Assembly: GCA_027036135.1 (NCBI GenBank)
Contig: JALVSY010000030.1
Coordinates: 64,001 to 128,000, forward strand
Direction: 5' to 3'
DNA length: 64,000 nt
Source of the DNA: Pyrodictiaceae archaeon
GTDB taxonomy: Archaea; Thermoproteota; Thermoprotei_A; Sulfolobales; Pyrodictiaceae
Below are positions 59,962 to 64,000 of this stretch, one piece after another. A model generated the notes under the pieces. The model was not told the origin of the DNA. It ran no database searches and saw only the letters and a program-made list of their open reading frames with translations. Within the stretch, counting starts at the first letter, position 1. Each line of letters opens with the position of its first letter. Position numbers and translations under genes: made by a program.

Positions 59962-60160
59962 CACTTGTCGCGACATATATCTCAACCATTTCCCCGTCTT
60001 CTAGGCAGGTATTCTCAAGAATAGGCTCACCCTTGTAGAGAACTACCACGGATTCACGTGAATATCCGAGCTTCTTCAGCACCTCATATACACACCCATT
60101 ACGCGTCTCTATCTCCCTTACCACATTGCCGGGAATTATGCGCACCACTATTCTTACCAA
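59954..60160 (-). CDS. ThiS/TtuB sulfur carrier
   Basis: C-terminal SGG; overlaps the ttuA start. Confidence 0.88.
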   Translation of the reverse strand: MVRIVVRIIPGNVVREIETRNGCVYEVLKKLGYSRESVVVLYKGEPILENTCLEDGEMVEIYVATSGG

Positions 60161-60255
60161 GGACGATGCCCAGGTCGCCTCCGACCCTGGTTGAGCTAGA
60201 TTAATTTTAGGGATAACGACATTCTTCTTCCCAAAAGGGGAGGGTTATCAACACA

Positions 60256-61482
60256 ATGCATGCAAGTAGCAAGCATGATTTACTGAAACACGGGTTACCA
60301 TCTCCTAGCGAGAGGACGTTTAGTTGTACCTTCTCTCCCGCTGAAGCCCGGGAGCCGAGCCACAGACTCGTGAATGCAGAGCTTCCCCCCTCGCCACTTG
60401 ACCCATTAGAGGCCATGTTTAGCAATATAGCATTTAGAGATTATACTGGGAGATCCCGAATAGTCCTGGCTGAGAAACCTGTAGAGAAAAATCTTAGCTA
60501 CATCGAGTTCCTTGCAAGGATCCTTTACGAGCTAATGCGTACTTATTGGCGCGCACCAATGCCTTTCCAGACCATGTTTGTCTCTCAGCGACTCACCGAG
60601 TACCAGCTAGCTAACATGCGGCCAGGCATGGGTATCTACATAGTTGATCTTGATGCTCTCCGCGAGAAAACAAGCGATGAAGCAACGTTCGCTAGGTTTA
60701 CTAGAACCATTAGCGACCGTTTGCACGAGGCATTTAGCCAGTGGATAGGCTACCTAGTGCTCTACGGCAGAGATGATAGTCTCTCGCTCATAAGGAAGCT
60801 ATGGGAGCCCAGGGTAATTGCCAGGAGGGTCGTGTACGCGAGCCTTCCACCCTACGTAGAAATCCGGCTAGGGGTCCACAGAGAACAGCTACTTAGGCTA
60901 ATATCTCTCTTTTACGGAGAAGTACCTGGGCTAGAAGAGGCGGACACCGTTAGCCAGGCCGTAGCAAGAGCAGAAGATGCATACTTTACTAGCCTAGAAC
61001 TCGTAGCCAATGATCCCTTTATTTCTCTCTATAATAGACCTGCCGTGGACGAGGAAGAAACAAGACAAGATACCGCATTTATTCATTTTGCTCTCAAATC
61101 TGCCGCTATCAAGTACCTAATGGATATTGGTATTGATCCCTCAGCGCTAAGCGTTGAAAGCATTGTCGCCAACATACCCATTGATATAAGGGTTGAGAGG
61201 GGATGGGGTAGCAGCATAACAGTTGAGATTGAGACCATGTATGGAGTAGGTAACCCCGTGTCGAGACTCAGCGCGGTGATAAGAGAGCGGGTTTCACTTG
61301 GCTACAATGTCTGGATAGTATTACCGCCTACTCAGGCACTGATATTTGCTCCCTACATTAGAGGACTTATGCGACACTTCGCGGAGAGAGTAGAGTTCTA
61401 CACGTTCGATACAGTTAAGGGGTCTTTGAGAAGCCTCACGGAATACTATGAAAGAATCGACAAAGCCCTAGGAGAGCTATAG
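60256..61482 (+). CDS. hypothetical protein with a C-terminal PD-(D/E)xK-like motif
   Basis: H..LK, VE......IDI......VEIET. Confidence 0.6.
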   Translation: MHASSKHDLLKHGLPSPSERTFSCTFSPAEAREPSHRLVNAELPPSPLDPLEAMFSNIAFRDYTGRSRIVLAEKPVEKNLSYIEFLARILYELMRTYWRAPMPFQTMFVSQRLTEYQLANMRPGMGIYIVDLDALREKTSDEATFARFTRTISDRLHEAFSQWIGYLVLYGRDDSLSLIRKLWEPRVIARRVVYASLPPYVEIRLGVHREQLLRLISLFYGEVPGLEEADTVSQAVARAEDAYFTSLELVANDPFISLYNRPAVDEEETRQDTAFIHFALKSAAIKYLMDIGIDPSALSVESIVANIPIDIRVERGWGSSITVEIETMYGVGNPVSRLSAVIRERVSLGYNVWIVLPPTQALIFAPYIRGLMRHFAERVEFYTFDTVKGSLRSLTEYYERIDKALGEL

Positions 61483-61498
61483 GGAAATAATAGTTGCC

Positions 61499-62359
61499 TT
61501 ATCTCGACCATATAGCTGTAGGAGGCTTAACATTCATTTTCTCATAGAGCGCCGATATTACTGCTAAGGCAATGATTACCACGAGGTAGGGTGTTACATC
61601 TGCTATGGAACTAGGTATCCCAACGGTCTCTAAGAGAGGCCTCATCGCATAAAGAAGCCCTACTAGGTAAGATGCAGCAACAACACCTACCGGGTGCCAG
61701 TACCCGAGAATAACAATGCCTAAGCTCATCCACCCCCACCCTAACAACGACATGGATACCCACCGTGAGCCTAGAGGCCCGGTAAAGAATAGGTATGAAC
61801 CAGCAAGACCAACAAGTGCTCCATTGATAATTAATGCCGCTATCCTCGTGAGCGTGACAGGCACTCCAAGCGCTCGAGCTGTTGCCACGTTTTCGCCAAG
61901 GCTTCGGACCACATAACCCAGCCATGAACGAAAGAGCATAAAATATAGGACAATGGGCAAGACTAGAAGAGCAAGAACAACAATCAAGTCATTGGCTAAT
62001 ATTCCTATGCTTGGAGTTACTGCCCCACCAGTTGCTCTGCCCACTACATCTCCTAACCCAATACCAAGGAATACTATAGAGAGCCCGGTAACAGCTTGAT
62101 CAGCGCCAAGAGTTATTACGAAGAATCCGTATAGAAGAGCAAGGACAATTGAGGAAACAATGCCAGCTAATAGGCCGTAAACGGGAGAGCCTGTGTAAAG
62201 CGATATTATTGCTGTAACGCCGGCGCTAAGGTATATCATTCCCTCTAGGCCAAGGTTGAAGAGACCAGCTCTTTCTAGGAATAGTTCACCCTGCGCTGCG
62301 AGCGCGTATACCGTTGCATAAGGAAGTGCTTGGCTCAGTAAAGCTGCAACGTTAACCAT
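61499..62359 (-). CDS. nucleoside/sugar ABC transporter permease
   Basis: GE...ERAG.FNLGLEG, GEN...A..LG. Confidence 0.9.
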   Translation of the reverse strand: MVNVAALLSQALPYATVYALAAQGELFLERAGLFNLGLEGMIYLSAGVTAIISLYTGSPVYGLLAGIVSSIVLALLYGFFVITLGADQAVTGLSIVFLGIGLGDVVGRATGGAVTPSIGILANDLIVVLALLVLPIVLYFMLFRSWLGYVVRSLGENVATARALGVPVTLTRIAALIINGALVGLAGSYLFFTGPLGSRWVSMSLLGWGWMSLGIVILGYWHPVGVVAASYLVGLLYAMRPLLETVGIPSSIADVTPYLVVIIALAVISALYEKMNVKPPTAIWSR

Positions 62360-63366
62360 TACCTCTCACCGCGCCTCATAGAGAGCGTTGTGAACGCGAG
62401 CACGGAGAGCACGATTATGGCTTCAAGCGCAAGGACAAAGCTATCACTGACTCCATATAGTTGAAGAGTAGAGCGCATGGAGTATAGTATAGCTATAAGA
62501 AGACTTGCTGCCAGCGCCCCTAGGGGCCTTAGGCCGCCAAGCCACGCTGCAAGTATACCCATGTATCCATACCCCCAGCCCCCCAGACCAACGCTTCTAA
62601 GCTGCCGCAGTAATTGGAGAAGAAGAGCACCGCCACCAATACCTGCCACAAAGCCTTGTATCAACGCTACTATTAGGATTGTCGACGCGATGCCTATGCC
62701 GTATGTCTGTGCTGCTTTACGTGCAAGCCTTACAGAGTCTATCGCGACACCATATTTAGTAAAAACTATGAAAAGTTCTAGAAGAAGACCCGCTATAACC
62801 ACGATAAGCACTGCAGCAGATAAGCCAATACTCATACTGGGTGGCAATGGCGCGGTACGCGTATAGCCTCCCTGCTGCCAAGGCCCTGCAACCAAGTAGT
62901 TAACAATACCTATAGCGATATAGTTTAGCATAAGGCTTGAGAGTATCTCGTTAACTCCTAGCCCTACGCGTAGACCACCGACAAGGCCGCCGTAGAGAGC
63001 CCCGACTAAGCCAGCAAAGAGGATAGCAGCCGTGACAGCGGCAACGCTACCATGCCCTATCACGTAGTAGAGCAACCAATAAGCAGCAACTGCTCCAAGC
63101 ATTACTTGGCCTTCAGCCCCTATTGTTATGAAACCTGCTCTATATGCAAGGGCAAGACCTGATGCAGATGCTGCGATAGGCACGAAGTACGGTAAGGCAG
63201 ATGTCCACGTATCCTTGCTCAACAGGCTTGAAAGGAATATTTTCGAGAATCCTAGGGCGCCTAAGCCCGTAAAAGACCCGAGTATCAGGGAGACTAGCAC
63301 TGAGAACAAGAGGCCCAATACCAGGCCTATTGCCCCATATATTACCCCACGTAGCCTAGTATTCAT
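62359..63366 (-). CDS. nucleoside/sugar ABC transporter permease
   Basis: IGAEGQ, NEILSSLMLNYI, GY.GI..A.L. Confidence 0.9.
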   Translation of the reverse strand: MNTRLRGVIYGAIGLVLGLLFSVLVSLILGSFTGLGALGFSKIFLSSLLSKDTWTSALPYFVPIAASASGLALAYRAGFITIGAEGQVMLGAVAAYWLLYYVIGHGSVAAVTAAILFAGLVGALYGGLVGGLRVGLGVNEILSSLMLNYIAIGIVNYLVAGPWQQGGYTRTAPLPPSMSIGLSAAVLIVVIAGLLLELFIVFTKYGVAIDSVRLARKAAQTYGIGIASTILIVALIQGFVAGIGGGALLLQLLRQLRSVGLGGWGYGYMGILAAWLGGLRPLGALAASLLIAILYSMRSTLQLYGVSDSFVLALEAIIVLSVLAFTTLSMRRGER

Positions 63367-63369
63367 GGC

Positions 63370-64000
63370 CTAAGACACCGTCATGGCCTCAGCTATCTTG
63401 TCTATATTAAACGGTCTATGAGCCTCATAGACTATGCGCCCCCTTGACATAACAACTATTCTATCCGATACCTCTACAAGCTCGTCCAAGTCCTCCGAGA
63501 TAAGTAAGATACCTGCACCACGAGCCGCCTCTTCTAGCAGTAGGTCTCTAATTCTCTCAGCAGCTTCCACGTCGAGACCACTTGTAGGATTCATTGCAAG
63601 AAGCAAGCACGGTAACTTATAGAGTTCTCGACCTACTATAAAACGCTGCATATTGCCACCACTCAGAGACTCGGCATTAGCATCGGGTCCCGGCGCCTTG
63701 ACCTCTAATGACCTAATAATATTCTCAGCCATTTTGCGCGCAGCACGCCAATCAACTATGGAGAAACGAATAGGCGCTTTAGGAGAAGAGTAAAGACCTA
63801 GAACCGTGTTGAATACAAGCGACTTACCGGGCACAAGCGCCCAGCCCAAACGATCCTCGGGAATAATACCTACTCCTAGGCGCCCCCTTGCACTACTATC
63901 CCTGAAAGTGACATCAGTACCACAGATACTTATCATGCCCCTGCTCGGCTTCCTAATACCGATGAGTGCCTCGAAGAACTCTCTCTGGCCATTTCCAGCT
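63370..64000 (-). CDS. nucleoside/sugar ABC transporter ATPase, 5' end beyond the window
   Basis: AGNGQ.E, IPEDR, LSGGNMQ, PT.GLD, ISEDLDE. Confidence 0.93.
   Translation of the reverse strand, partial: AGNGQREFFEALIGIRKPSRGMISICGTDVTFRDSSARGRLGVGIIPEDRLGWALVPGKSLVFNTVLGLYSSPKAPIRFSIVDWRAARKMAENIIRSLEVKAPGPDANAESLSGGNMQRFIVGRELYKLPCLLLAMNPTSGLDVEAAERIRDLLLEEAARGAGILLISEDLDELVEVSDRIVVMSRGRIVYEAHRPFNIDKIAEAMTVS

Overview
Chromosomal segment of a hyperthermophilic crenarchaeon. Gene content (orc1/cdc6, archaeal MAT, SmAP, XPD, RIO2, Trm5/Trm10, QueC, TtuA/TtuB, class III pilins) and very GC-rich tRNA stems suggest Desulfurococcales, probably Pyrodictiaceae; this is an inference. Most of the window is housekeeping genes and six tRNAs (Lys, Glu, Gly, Thr, Val, and intron-containing Cys). 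Notable items not shown in the ORF track: (1) a SipW/TasA-like filament operon at 21.5-26.1 kb with a second, unannotated subunit carrying an internal stop, next to a type IV pilin/adhesin pair; (2) several C/D-box sRNAs, one complementary at two or three sites to the tRNA-Cys in this window, and an H/ACA RNA with a predictable 23S target; (3) two paralogous, convergent C/D-like RNA cassettes between a vapBC locus and an AbrB remnant; (4) an AT-rich region bounded by inverted repeats upstream of cdc6, a candidate replication origin; (5) a decayed element integrated at tRNA-Thr; (6) several single-base frameshifts, which may be real pseudogenes or consensus errors. All family assignments come from motif recognition by eye; no searches were run.
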